Assembly: GCA_002104905.1 (NCBI GenBank)
Contig: MCFE01000151.1
Coordinates: 1-64,000, forward strand
Source of the DNA: Basidiobolus meristosporus CBS 931.73
Taxonomy: Eukaryota > Fungi > Basidiobolomycota
Reading direction: 5' to 3'
DNA length: 64,000 nt
In this document: positions 39,601-52,918 of the stretch, in pieces
How positions within the stretch are numbered: the first letter of the stretch is position 1
Layout of the letters: every line of letters starts with the position of its first letter
Notes under the pieces: model-generated
The model's input: only the letters and a program-made list of their open reading frames with translations
Told to the model about the DNA's origin: nothing
Databases searched by the model: none
Program-made: the position numbers and the translations under genes

Positions 39601-42600
39601 AGATATACATGGATCTACTTCACGGAGAGAAAGGAAGAAGCTCTGTCTAAGTTCAGGGAGCTTAAAGCCATGGTGGAGAGAGAAACTGGTGAAAAAATCA
39701 AGAAAATACGCTCTGACAATGGTGGAGAATATACCTCAAAACTCTTCATTCACTTCTGCAAAATTCATGGGTTAAAGCAAGAGACTACTGTACCATACTC
39801 CCCACAGCAAAATGGAGTAGTAGAATGAGCTAACAGATCAATAATTGATAAGGCAAGATCTATGATCCATGATCAAAAATTATCTTATGATTTTTGGGCG
39901 GAATCAGTTGCCACAGCTGTATACCTGAGAAATAGGAGTTATAGCTGAGTACTTTGTGATTCTACTTCATTTAAAGCATGGTATGGATACAAACCAAGTG
40001 CAGAACATCTATGAATATTTGGGTGTACAGCATATGCCTAAAAACTGGCTGGAAATCAGTCAAAATTTGAGCCAAAAAGTGTTAAATGCATATTTTTGGG
40101 CTACTGCAATGAGAGTAAAGCATACAGACTCTACCATACCAAAGCAAAGAAGCTGATCAAGTCCAGGGATGTGTTGTTTGATGAAAATTCAAAATTTTCA
40201 CTAAAAATGACATTAGATGATGACAAAAATTTGATCTCAAGTCCCCCAATTGTCATAATTGAATTAGAGCAAAACAATGAAAATTTCTTCACTCCAGAGG
40301 ACTCTTCAACCATGGTTCAGCCAGAACCAGTGCTCAGGAATATCCCAGAAGTGATCATTCCAGTAACAAATGCCCAGAGATCCCATTGGACAAGAAATAG
40401 CCCAAATTACTATGTCAATGAGGGTACAAACTTAGCCTATGCCTATTAAGTCCATATTGATGAACCCCAGACTGTAAAAGAAGCCCTAAATAGCCCGCAG
40501 ACAAAGTTTTGGAGATCTGCAATGACCAAGGAATATCTGGCCCTGATGGAAAATCAAACTTGGGACTTAGTCAAATTACCAATCAACCAAAAATCAATTG
40601 GATGCAGATGGATCTTCAAGACAAAATACAAGGCTGATGGTACAACTGAGAGATACAAAGCAAGACTTGTAGCCAAAGGATACTCTCAAACAAAAGGACT
40701 TGACTATACTGAGACCTTTGCACTGGTAGCCAAGTTTAATTCCATCAGATTAATTTTGGCTATTGCAGCCAAATATAAGTTTTTTATTCATCAAATGTAT
40801 GTAAGAACTGCCTCTTCAAATGGAGGACCTGATGAGGATGTGTACATGGACCAGCCTGATGGGTTTGCTGACCAAGATAACCCCCATTTGGTCTGCAAGT
40901 TTAAAAAGTCACTATATGGTCTCAAACAATCACCAAGAGCCTGGAATTGCAAGATAGATTCTTATTTGGAATCTTTGAGTTTCAAAGGAGTACTGCTGAC
41001 TATAGTATATACTAAAAGCCAGATAGAGCAAATCCAGTTCTATTAGCTCTATATGTGGATGATGTTATTATAGCCGCTGTGGTGGTGTATAAGTCCAGGG
41101 GAGAGATACATCCAACACTTCTCAAGTGTTTTGTGTGTGGGGTGTTCACTGGGTGCGATAACCTCTGGCAAAAGCTTGCTAGGAATACTTGGGTTCTGTC
41201 TCTAATCTAATGTGAAGGGGAATAAAGCCACAAGCTTGTCAAGTGAAAACTATTGAGCTACAATCCCCAACTTAGTTGGCGTCTTAACAAAAGTATGTGC
41301 TGGGTTCAGCGTCCTTTGAGATGACAATGTACTAAAGCTTCCAAAGTCAAAACAACTGTAAACTCCACCAGCAGGGACTTGATAAGAATGCAGCTTTGGT
41401 CAATAGTTACAAAGACAGAAAAGTATCTTTGCCTGTACAAGAACAAACTTGGGAAAGAATCAAATATAATAAAAGATACCTACTCTGAGTATTCCTCACA
41501 AGTAGTGCCTCCAAGGTCAGTTGGCTGTCAGCGCGGTTTCCTGGGAGTGTCCTGTGGTCTAGGGTTGGAAGTTCAGGTAGCAGCAGGTAGCAGTGATCAC
41601 ACTAATCAACAAGTCGGTATATTGATAAAAGGGATGATGATTTATTGTTGAGGGATAGCCTCCCTTATATACTTCTCTCACTGGCTAAGTGATTACTAAT
41701 CATGGTGTTCCAGAAGGTTCCGGAGATCAATAGAAATCTTAATGACATCAGAATGACCTAAGAATGTTCTAAGTAGGTGCCGGAAGGTTCTAAGAGGCAC
41801 AGCACATCCAACCAATCAGGAATCAGTATTCTGAAACCTGTGTAACATGGGGATACCATATATGGTATGGAAATGGTAGGGATGGTGACACGGGCTGATC
41901 ATGTGTCACGGGTACTGGAGCGGGTACTTGCCTAATATAGAAGTACTTATAGCTAGTAATCTTACATAAAGTGAGGGTTAACTTATGCAATAAGGTAAGC
42001 AGGTGTGATAGTCAACCGGCTTATGGGATAGTACTGATTGGGTAAGACAAATGGGATAAAACTAAAAATAAGTGTAGTAGAGATATAGGGAAGTAGAAAA
42101 TAAGGGAATGAGCACATCTGTCAGTGGGTGTCACTGTCACCCCACTACACCGCCAATAACCTAGAAACATTGGAAGAGACTAAATCTAGCCTATCTAAGG
42201 AGTTCAAGATGTCCAATCTAGGAGAACTTAGTTACTACTTAGGGATTAAGTTCTCCATAGACAGAAGTACCCAGACTATCACCCTAAGTCAATCCAAGTA
42301 TATTCAAGATTCACTAAAGAAGTACAAAATGAAAGACTGTAAACTGGCAGCTACCCCAATGGAGACAAACCTTAACTTGGTCAAAACTCAACCAAATCAA
42401 GAGAGCTTGGTGCCATCTGAAAGCCCTGACTTTCCTTATCAATCAATGGTTGGCAGTCTGCTGTATATCATGCTTGGAACATGTCCAGATATCTTATATT
42501 CAGTAGGTGTTGTCAGCCAACATAATCCGAACTATGGATCTGATCATATTGCAGCAGTCAAGCAGATTTTTAGATACCTAAAAGGAATTGCCAATATCTG

Positions 42601-43793
42601 CTTAAGATACACTTATAAGGATTCAGAACAGGATCTTGTGGGATACTCTGATGCTGATTGGGGATGAAATTTAGAAGACAGAAGATCCACCTCAGGGTAC
42701 ACCTTTCTTTACTGTAAAGGAGCAATTTCATGGAATTCAAGAAAGCAACCAACTGTAGCACTTTCCACCACAGAGGCAGAGTATATGGCAGCTTGTGAAG
42801 CTAAAAAAAAGCAAAGTGGTTAAGAAAGCTTCTTACAGATTTAGACCTATGTCAAAAGATGCCCATTATTTTATTTCAAGATAATCAAGGATGTATACAA
42901 TTAGGTAGAAATCCAGCTTTTCATGCTAGAACCAAGCACATAGATATTAGACATCATTTCATACGTGAAGCCATAGAGAATAACTTAGTTAGCTTAGTTT
43001 ACTGTCCTACAGATGAAATGATTGCAGACATATTTACCAAACCATTAGCTAGAGCAAGTTTGAATATCTTAGGTCAAAATTAGGACTAGTCAGTATGATC
43101 ATTTAGCTGAGTGGGAGTGTTGTAAAAATTTGTATTTCCACCTAAATATTCACTTAACTCAGTCACTTAGATCATCACCTTCAAATCCTAGAGAATACTG
43201 ACCAAAATTCCTTGTTGGGATTTACTTACAATATTTTCACCAAAGTACCAGGTACCCAGAACATGAAAATTCTCAAAGTTGTCCAAACAGCCCCAAACTT
43301 TGCACACATGTTCTTGGGACTTTCCTTAACCTATTCTATGTGTTTGTAATGCCAAGACCATGTAAAAGTATAAATAGTACTTTTACATTCAATAAATCAT
43401 TAAGTGAAAACCACATAATCTACTTGTTCTCCCAATCACTTCCAATTGCTGTAAGAGTCTTGGAGATATTGGAAGTGATTGGGAGAAAAAGTAGTTGATG
43501 TGGTTTTCACTTGATGATTTATTGAAGGTGAAAGTAGTATTTATACTTTTACATGGTCTTGGCATTACAAACACGTAGAATAGGTTAAGGAAGGTCCCAA
43601 GAACATGTGTGCAAAGTTTGGGGCTGTTTGGACAACTTTAGAATTTTCATGTTCTGGGTATCTGGTATTTTGGTGAAAATATTCTAAGTACATCCTGACA
43701 AGGAAGTTGGTCAGTATTCTCTAGGATATAACGGTAATGATCTAAATGACTAAGTTATGTCAATATTTAGGTGGAAATACAAATTTTACAACA
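36689..43793. mobile_element. Rearranged Copia family A insertion in the Gypsy integrase; TSD ATTAC; contains two back-to-back partial copies
   Basis: attac at 36684-36688 and 43794-43798. Minus arm: LTR 36689-37038, RNase H, RT deleted at about 37455, integrase, pre-integrase to 39008. Plus arm: 39009-43446 (pre-INT, INT, RT, RH, PPT gagtgggag, LTR 43118-43446). Closing LTR 43447-43793. Confidence 0.9.
41078..42149 (-). mobile_element. Family B solo LTR (1072 bp); 4-bp TSD CCGC; inserted in Copia RT
   Basis: tgtggtgg...ccccactaca. The empty site atagccgccaataac is seen in the paralogue at about 58835-58850. Minus-strand TATATAA and AATAAA at about 41640-41670. Confidence 0.9.
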
Positions 43794-46700
43794 ATTACCA
43801 TCATCACTAGTGGTGAAAGGTTCAGCTAGATCAATTGCAATATGATCCATAGGAAGGCTTGCATGGACGGGACTCAATAGGTGAAATCCATGGCAGCTGA
43901 TATTGTAAAGCTGACATTCTCTGCAAGACTTGACAAGTTCTAGGCAGTCAGCTCTGATATTTGGCCAGTGATATCTATCAGAGTGTAGTTTCTTCATAAG
44001 TGTATCAGCTCCAAAGTTGCCAAGTAAATGACTTGTCTGTATCAATGTTTTCCTTTCATTAGTATGGGATTTTCCAAGTTGTTGAATTCAGTTGAGGGAT
44101 TATTTTGGAAGTTGTGTGAGCTTACTGATTATGTCAGTAATCACATGTCCCTCCCAAGGTGAAGTTGGGAAAAGCCTTGAAAGGTGGTCAGGCAGGATGT
44201 TGAAGATTCCTGGGCAATGAATAACTGTATATTCATAATCAAGTAGAGTATCAAGCCAGTTTGTAAGCTTTGGAGTCAGAGTTGTTTGAGTATAAATATA
44301 GACAGGGACTTGGTGGTCTGTGTACAAGGTAAAAGGGTTACCCCATAAGTACTGATGGAACTTCTTCAAGGCTAAGATTATGGCAAGTAGCTCCTTATTG
44401 GTGGCTGAGTAGTTTCTCTCTGCAGGTTGTAGGGATCTGGCTTGAAAAGAGATCCAGTGAGGCGGATTTTGGTCTTCATCCTTGTATAGGACAGCCCCTA
44501 ACCCAACATTAGATGCATCTGTAGCACCAACAAAGGTCTTAGTAAAGTCTAGGTAGGATAGAGTGGGTAGTTATGGCAGTAACTGGCAGAAAAACTCAAA
44601 TGCTTGGTCATGAGCCTTGTTCCAGGCTGAGGGAAGATCAGAACTGTGGCATAATGCATTCAAAGGGGCACCCAAAGAAGACATGAGAGGAATGTCTTCC
44701 CCAAAATAGTTGAATACTCCAAGATAATGTTGGAGTTGCTTAGCACTAGTGGGTTTTGGCCATTCAGGAATATTGACCAGTTTGAAAGGGTCTAGTTGGC
44801 GGCCATCTGGTGTGACTATGAATCCAAGTAGATTAATTTTGAGGCAAGCAAAACTGCACTTTTCAGCATTAATAATCAGTCCAGTGGCTGTCAGTCTATT
44901 GATTACATCAATGACATGAGTTGCATGATCATCATGGTTGGTGGAAAATAGGATGACATCATCAACAATTACTGAGGCGTATGGCGCATTCTTGAGTATT
45001 ATAGTCACAACACTCTGGAACTTGCTGGTAAGAATCTTTAGACCAAAGGGAGCTCCCTGAAACATCCATTGTATATTATTCCAAGTAAAGGCAGTCTTAT
45101 ACTGATGACCAGGATGGATCTGAAATTGGTGATATGCATCCTTCAAGCCCAATTTGGAGAATACTTTGGCACTTGATAGTGAGGAAAGATATCTTGGATT
45201 CTTGCAATTGGAAATTTATCATCTTGAAGAAGTTTGTTCAGAGGTCTAGGGTCCACACAGGGTTTCTTCAGAGTTATATTTCCATTTGCATCCTACTTGG
45301 GTGCAAGTGTCAAAGGCCTGTTGAATGTAGTGTTGACAGGGGCTTGAGTGATAATTTAATTGTCAGCCCACTTTTGGACTATTTCATCAATTAAGTGTTG
45401 ACAAGACTGTGGAAATGGGTATTGTCTCCTCCATGTTGACTCACCAGGTGGGGTTTCTAGCATAAAAATGGATCCTGGAATAGTACAGAAACTGTTCCTG
45501 GGAGTGGCTTAGCTTCTTTCAATGGCTGGCTGAATTTCCAATTTGACTGATTGAGAATATGCTTGAAAAGCTGGGGTTGACTCCTCTGCTTCTGGATGGG
45601 GAGGGTTAGGGTTAGGTAGGAAAACATTGGGTAATACAATAGAGTTGGATGATCCAGTATCCAGTAGTGCTACATATGATCGGTCACTGAGTTAGAGTGG
45701 CACCTCTGTAGCTTTTGGCTGCGCAATTGGTTGCTTCTTTTCTTGAATAGTTGCAATTTTAGCCAGAATTTCAAAGAGGTTGTGATAATCTTGAGCTGTA
45801 AGTTCCTCATATGCTTCCTCATACCCTGTCATTTCATGGTTGAATTTTCATCTAGGATCTGGGTAATATTTGCCAATGGTGTAGAGTTCTTCTAAGGACA
45901 GGCAGGTGATTTATGTCCCATCTTTCCGCATTTAAAGCATTTGTCATCAGCATATGATTATCAGTTTTGGTACTTTGCTACTTTTCTGACATGTTTCCTC
46001 ACTTGTTTGACTGCTTAGTGATACCTTTGCATTCACTAGTAGAGTGATAGCATCTTCCATGAAGCTCACAATGCTTTGTAGCTGTTGACTTCTTCTTGGT
46101 GATATGACTGCTCTCTTTTCCAGTAGTTGCTGCCTCTTGAGTTGAATTGCCTGAAGCCTGGCTAACAGCTGCAGTCATGGCAATTGCAAGTGTACATATC
46201 TCCAAGATTTTGTCATAAGTGCATGCAGGGCTGCATGCTTTGACAATAGCAATATTACTCAGTAGCTGGTGTGAAAAGCTTGAAAGAAAATGAGAAGTAA
46301 GCAATGGATTGTCATCACTAACTCCAGCTAATCTCATTTGACTCCAGAATCTATCACAGAAGTGTTGCACAGATTCACCTTTTTGCATTTTAGCTTTCCA
46401 TAAGTTGCAGTTTAGATACACTTTCTTGAGGGTATCTTCAAAATGGCCGCAAAAGAGGTTCTGGGAAACTTTCCATGTAGTATTGGAAGGAATGTTCACT
46501 TCAAGCCAGTCAGCATCTTGCATGGTGAGACAGAGAGGCAGAAGTCTAGCCCAATTGGTATTGGGGCCTGGCTGGTGCGCAGCTAAGATATGACCAAACT
46601 GGTAAAGAAACTCAGTACAATTCTTTATGGCATTGGCTCCTTCAGCATAAGGAGGCAAGGATCTTGGGACAACCACCAGGGCAGGTCTAGAGGGAGATTC

Positions 46701-47862
46701 AGATCTGGAGGATCCAAAGGCATGACTTCTTGGTGGCTGATGCAGAGCAAGGCTTGGCGGATTTTCAATGCTGTCTATTACAATGGCAACATTCCCCAGG
46801 GCTCCTTTGATAATTCCAATTTCATCTTGATAACTGGAAATAGCTTCAAGAAGTTCATCTCTACAATGATTGTCAGATCTTGTCCTGGCAAACTTTGAAT
46901 GCTCAAACATCAAAGTGTTTCTTTCATTCATGATATTTTCAAGCTGTTCTGTTAGTTCTTCCTGATTTCTGCAGGCTTCTTCCAACATGGAAAGGTTTGG
47001 ATTGTTTGCTGCTGAGGACATATTGTAAAGCAGTTGAATGTAATGGAATTCAACAAAATAAATGTTGTATCCAAGAGAAAAGTGTAATAAAACTCTTGAA
47101 TGAGTTAACTGAGTCCAAGTGATAACTAAGCACAGAATCTTAGAATTGTCAAGGGTTACAGATATATTAGCAGAGAGGTTTTGGTCTAATATTGGTATTG
47201 TATAAAGTTGAGTTGGGCTATAAAGGCTACAGAGTTGATTTGCTATACAGGCTAGGCTTGGGTGGAAACTAGAACCGAATTATTGAATTCTTAATTTTCC
47301 TAAGGCACAATCTTAATTTTGTTGAGACACATACTAAACCAAAAGGTCCAGTAATCTTTATTTATATTTTTCTGATCAAGTTGAATTAGTAAACACCAAG
47401 AGACTGGACTAATTGAAATCTGTTTGGGTGCAGCTAGGTGCATAAGATGAATGAAAAATTGCTTCATTAGTCAGCTGATGTCTTGACAACTACTAAGTGG
47501 TTGGATGCATCACAGATGACTAATCCTTTGGAAAGGCTTAGCAGATCAGTTGAGGGCATAATGACCACTTGAAAATTGATCAGGTGTGGCAGCTAAAAAT
47601 AGATTCTGAGAAGGGATAAAGCAACCCATAACAGGAACTAGTTATGTTTGGGTTAGGGAAAATCAGTTAGGGTACTAGATTTTTTCACAGAGTGAAATTG
47701 GCTAAGTTTTAAATGTTGATGCATAACACCTGGTTTTTTGGTGAAAATATTCTTTGTAACTCTCAACAAGGAGTTTGGTCAGTATTTTCTATGATTTGAA
47801 GGTAATAATCTCAGTGGCTAAGCTATGTGAATATTTTGGTGTAATTACAAATTCTTACAACA

Positions 47863-48716
47863 ATTTGAGCTATTTCTTGCCTGGTTGGATCATCAGGCAT
47901 TTGATACCGGCATGATCACTTCTGGGATATTCCTAGGCACTGATTTAGGCTGCACCATGGTTGTTAAGTCCTCTGGAGTGAAAAAGTCCTCATTGTCTTA
48001 CTATGATATAATCCTGACTATTGGTGGAGTTGAGATCAAATTTTTGTCATCATCTGATGTCAATTTTGTGAGAATCTTGAATTTTCATCAAATAGCACAT
48101 CCCTGGACATGCTCAGCTTCTTTTCTGCACTAATGTAGAGACTGTATGCTCTACTCTCATTGCAATAGCCCAAAAAAAGGCATTTTGCACCTTTTGGTTC
48201 AAATTTTGAATGGTTTCCAGGCAGTTTCTTGACATATGCTGTACACCCAAATATTCTAGATGTTGTGCACTTGGTCTGTATTCATACCATGCTTCAAGTG
48301 GAGTAGAATCACAAGGTATTCTGCTACAACTTCTATTTCAAGGTATATAGCTGTGGCAACTGATACTGCCCAGAAATCACAGAATAATATTTGATAATGG
48401 ATAATAGATCTTGCCAAATCAATTATTGATCAGTTTGCACATTCTACTACTTCATTTTGCTGTGGGAAGTATAGTAAAGTAGTCTCTTGCTTAATCCCAT
48501 GAACTCTGCAGAAGTGGAATGAAGAGTTTTGAGGTATATTCTCCACCATCTTCAGAGCATATTTTCTTGATTTTTTCACCAGTTTCTCTCTCCACCATGG
48601 CTTTAACCTCCCTGAACTCAGACAGAGCTTCTTCTTTTCTCTCTATGCAGTGGACCCACATGTATCTTGTATAATCATCAATAAAAGTCATCAAATACTT
48701 CATCCTACCTAAGGAT
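47863..48716 (-). mobile_element. Decayed Copia family A integrase and linker fragment
   Basis: MKYLMTFIDDYTRYMWV...SEDGGEYTSK; homologous to 37640-38510. Confidence 0.85.
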
Positions 48717-49791
48717 AATCCCTATAAAAGTAATATGGTCCCACAGGTGGATCCAATCCCAATCAGCCCTCAGGATCCTGTGTAGAGACCATAATGATAC
48801 CTGCAGCTTGGAATTAGTGACCCTCCTAACAATCTTATGATGGGATCATGCCAGTGTTTTGCTAATTTTACAAACAAATAAAGGGATAAAAATTGACAAT
48901 ATTTTATTGGTGCTGTGACAATATTTGCATGGTATTGTTGCGGTCTTTTGGTGCTCATTAACTATTTTAAGTGGATCCAATTGGCCAGGACATCCAATTG
49001 CCTTATATGGCAAGAGAGTTCATGGTATTTTGATGGCCTCACTGCAAGACTCTGATAGCATTATATTGGCAGTATGAAGGTCTACCACTGGTTCTGTACA
49101 ATACCACCGTACCAATTTACCAAATAGTATTTCCTTTTCTACCTCCCCTTGTGCAATTCATATATTCCACAGTAGAAACACCCCTTATGATTTGCTTACC
49201 CACTACTACCTTGGGTATTCCACATATGGTTTAAATCACAAATAATATGGCCTCCTGCTTAGTAACCTTGACAAACATGCACATCAGCCACAATTGACAT
49301 ACTTCAATCACCTCAACTTTACAGCTTTTTAGTGTGATACTTGCAAAGTTGCCATATACTTTGTGCTGCTGGTAACATATACGTCTTGCATACATATGCT
49401 TGGCTGTTGCTACTTCTGCTGTGAGTACCTCCTGAATATCCACAAAGAACATCTTGGTATTTAGCCAATATATTCCTTCTCCCTGCTGGATTCTAGTCAC
49501 CCCTATAGGTACACTCTGGCTTTTGTTTGTGTGAATTCCATATTGAAAGGTGTAGAAGTTGGCATATGACTATAAGAGATCCGGCATACCTTGGTAGAGT
49601 TTTCCTGATAAAAACTAGTTGCTTGTTACACCCAATCCAACTTTACATTACTTAACTGATTACCCACAAATTGGGGCTGCTTAGCTTCTTAATGCTATAG
49701 GCATAGGTGTCTCCATGTGCACATTTGTCCTTGGTATTTCCCAACTCTTTCTGACTGTCCTCCATGAGCTAGCTCATCACATCCATGGCAG

Positions 49792-50591
49792 TGTGGTACG
49801 GTAAACATACCTCCCACAAAGTTTATTCATATAGCCATTATGATATACTTATTCATATTTATCTTATCAGTCTTATCCCATTCTTCTTTTGTCCATATTA
49901 TCAATATTATCCCCATATGATGTTTACCCTAATTAGTTATTAGCATTAGTGATCCCAGATATTATTCAGCTTTGCAATCAGTATATGTAACTACATAAGG
50001 CAAGTACCAGCATCTGTATCCATAACATATGACCTAGGTCTGTGTTACCGTCCCTACCATTTCAATACCATATATAGTATCTCTATGTTGCACAGGTTTC
50101 AGACAACTGATCCCTGATTGGTTGGATGTGCTGTGTCTTTTAGAACCTTCCAAGACATTCTTTGCATATTTTTAGCTCATTGTGATGTTGTCAAGAATTC
50201 CACTGATGCATAGAATCTTCTAGAACCTTGTCATTAGTAATCACTTGGCAATCAGGAAAAGTATTCAAGGGAAAGCAATCCCTCATCTATAAATCATTCC
50301 TTCTATCAGTGACACTTCTCCCTTATTGATTAGCAGTTGATCACTGCACCTGCCTTCAACAGTACATGTCAGACCTGCCATCAAGGAACTTTTCAGAGTA
50401 GTACGCAAGACACACAGAGGCCTTTGGAGACACTTGGAGCACCTAGGAAGCTAGAGAAGCAGGAGCTTTTACCATAGTGACATATTGACAAAGACACCAG
50501 CAGTTTAGACCCAGAGGTTATTGCACCCATCAGACACCTCACACACCTTGAGTTGTGTAGCTTCTCCCAGGAGTACCTCTACACCACCACA
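49792..50591 (+). mobile_element. Diverged family B solo LTR (about 800 bp), opposite orientation; flanks GCAG/ACAG
   Basis: The reverse complement matches family B blocks (cacagcacatccaaccaatcagg, ggtgcaataacctctgg, tgtggtggtgta). Confidence 0.75.
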
Positions 50592-51846
50592 ACAGACTTG
50601 AAGGTAATATTCTTGATGAGATTGGGATATGGTATAACCTGTGACTTGACTTGTCTTCCTATCTCCCCACACACCAGCTCCATAGGGAGCCCCCAAAAGG
50701 TGAAGCAAGGCTCAATATTCTCCACACACTGTGCAAGATGGAGTAGAGAATGGACACAGTAGCAGCAGAGATCTATGTGCTCAGCATTATGTTTGTAGTA
50801 TAGCTGCTTAAATCCCATCACCAGTGTCTCACACAATAGCTGTAGATATGTCAAGTTGGTATTGGTGATCTGCTTCTGGATAAATATTTCTACAATGTCC
50901 ACATATGACTCCCACTGCTTCCAATGTACTCTTGGTAGGAATGGCTTCAGAACACTACTTGAATAAATACATATTCAGTTCATCCAGTCTTTGCATTTAT
51001 TTTGTTGCATATGAGTATGAATATTAATTGGAGCCTGTGAGAAGTACTCAGGGTAGCAGATACTCTGTAATATTTTGCCAATTCTTTCAAATTTCTCTAG
51101 TATCTCAAAGGGAGCATTTTGCTTGAAATGCCCCATGTACAACTTGTTCATCAGTATAGGGATATTGTTGAATAGCAAATGCATTGCTCCCAGTGGAAAG
51201 CTTTTGCTCCAACAGATACTCTCTCTTAAGTATCTCTGGTTTCCAATTGACTCCATATTCTGGCCAATGGCTGATAGCTTGCCAACTTTATTGCAATTGC
51301 ATGCTGACTTGGGTACATTCTCTCTGTCAAAAGATGGTGTTCTTAGTGCTGGTGTTTGGGTAATAATAATGTGTGTGAGTTATGGAGTAAATCCCCTGGA
51401 TCTCACACATTCAACAGCAATACTGTCCATTGTGCCTTGTGAAACCTGTTATCTTGCTGATGGCTGGGGTATCTCCAATGCAGATAATAATAGGTGCTTT
51501 TACATGATGGCCATTCACCATTATCCTGCTGGAAAGCATACAAAACTCATCCTGCAATGAATACAGGTAGCTATCCAGGTTGGATGGTGATTTAGGCCCA
51601 GATACCAGTGAGACTATAATCAGATTATTGCTCTGATACTGTAAAATGGATGGCAGATTCAGATTGATGAGAATCAGTGGCCAGCAGGATTTGCTGGTAG
51701 AGTACTTGTTTAATGAGAATCCATCATGTGCTAAAGCAAAGGCATGGTTGTGCATACCTTCATAGTTGCCCTCTCTTCTTAGCTGTTTGTAATGTTTGCC
51801 ATCAAATATATTGGATATGCTTGCACTCAATTGATACTGAGTGTGG

Positions 51847-52918
51847 TGTGGTGGTATATAAGTCCAAGGGAGAGATACGTCCAACACTTATCAAGTGTTT
51901 TGTGTGTGGGGTGTTCACTGGGTGCAATAACCTCTGGCAAAAGCTTGCTAGGAATACTTGGGTTCTGTCTCTAATCTAATGTGATGGGGAATAAAGCCAC
52001 AAGCTTGTCAAGGGAAAACTAATGAGCTACAATCCCAACTTAGTTGGCATCTTAACAAAAGTATGTGCTGGGTTCAGCGTTCTTTGAGATTACAATACAC
52101 AATAGCTTCCATAGTCAAAACACCTGTAAACTCCACCAGCATGGACTTGATAAGAATGCAGCTTTGGCAAATAGTTACAAAGATAGAAATGCATCTTTGT
52201 CTGTACAAGAACAAACTTGGGAAAGAATCAGATATAATAAACAATACCTACTCCAAGTATTCCTCACAAGTAGTGCCTCCAAGGTCAGATGGCTGTCAGT
52301 GCGTTTTCCTGGGAGTGTCCTGTGGTCTGGGGTTGGAAGTTCAGGTAGCAGCAGGTAGCAGTGATCACACTAATCAACAAGTTGGTATATTGATAAAAGG
52401 GATGATTATTTATTGTTGAGGGATAGCCTCACTTATATACTTTTCTCACTGGCTAAGTGATTTTCTAATCATGGTGTTCCAGAAGGTTCTGGAGATCAAT
52501 AGAAATCTTAATGACATCAGAATGAGCTAAGAGTATTCTAAGTAGGTGCCAGAAGGTTCTAGGAGGCACAGCACATCCAACTAGTCAGGAATCAGTACTC
52601 TGAAACCTGTGAAACATAGGGATACCATATATGGTATGGAAATGGTAGGGATGGTGACACAGGTTGATCATGTGTCACAGGTACTGGGGCAGGTACTTGC
52701 ATAATATAGAAGCACTTTTAGCTAGTAATCTTACATAAAGTGAGGGATAACTTATGCAATAAGGTAAGCAGGTGTGATAGTCAACCGGCTTATGGGATAG
52801 TACTGATTGGGTAAGACAAATGGGATAAAACTAAAAATAAGTGTAGTAGAGATATAGGGAAATAGAAAATATAGGAATGAGTACATCTGTCAGTGGGTGT
52901 CACTGTCACCCCACTACA
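51847..52918 (-). mobile_element. Family B solo LTR (1072 bp); flanks GTGG/GCAG (decayed GCGG TSD); inserted in the CACTA transposase
   Basis: High similarity to 41078-42149. Removing it with a single GCGG restores the in-frame reading KAIKYRTQYQLSAS. Confidence 0.9.

Larger units (their letters stand above)
35006..47728 (-). mobile_element. Decayed Ty3/Gypsy chromovirus; LTRs 35006-35703 and 47063-47728; TSD CCTGG
   Basis: Matching TG...CA LTRs; cctgg at 35001-35005 and 47729-47733. Minus-strand gag (45999-47021), CCHC knuckle, protease LLDTGSS, RT (IVDDVILFS), RNase H, integrase (43767-44045 and 36003-36680), chromodomain (YLVKCKGYDAKHNTWEP, 35704-36015). Confidence 0.93.
34449..47862 (-). 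mobile_element. Copia family A LTR split into pieces (34449-34509, 34842-35005, 47729-47862) by nested insertions
   Basis: The LTR sequence resumes exactly after the TSDs GTTTT and CCTGG and ends cttacaaca at 47862. Confidence 0.8.

Noticed and set aside
41379-41651. Similar ~90-120-aa ORFs at 41379 and 52063
   Set aside because: Explained by DNA similarity of two solo LTR copies; antisense to the LTR promoter and no domain recognised.
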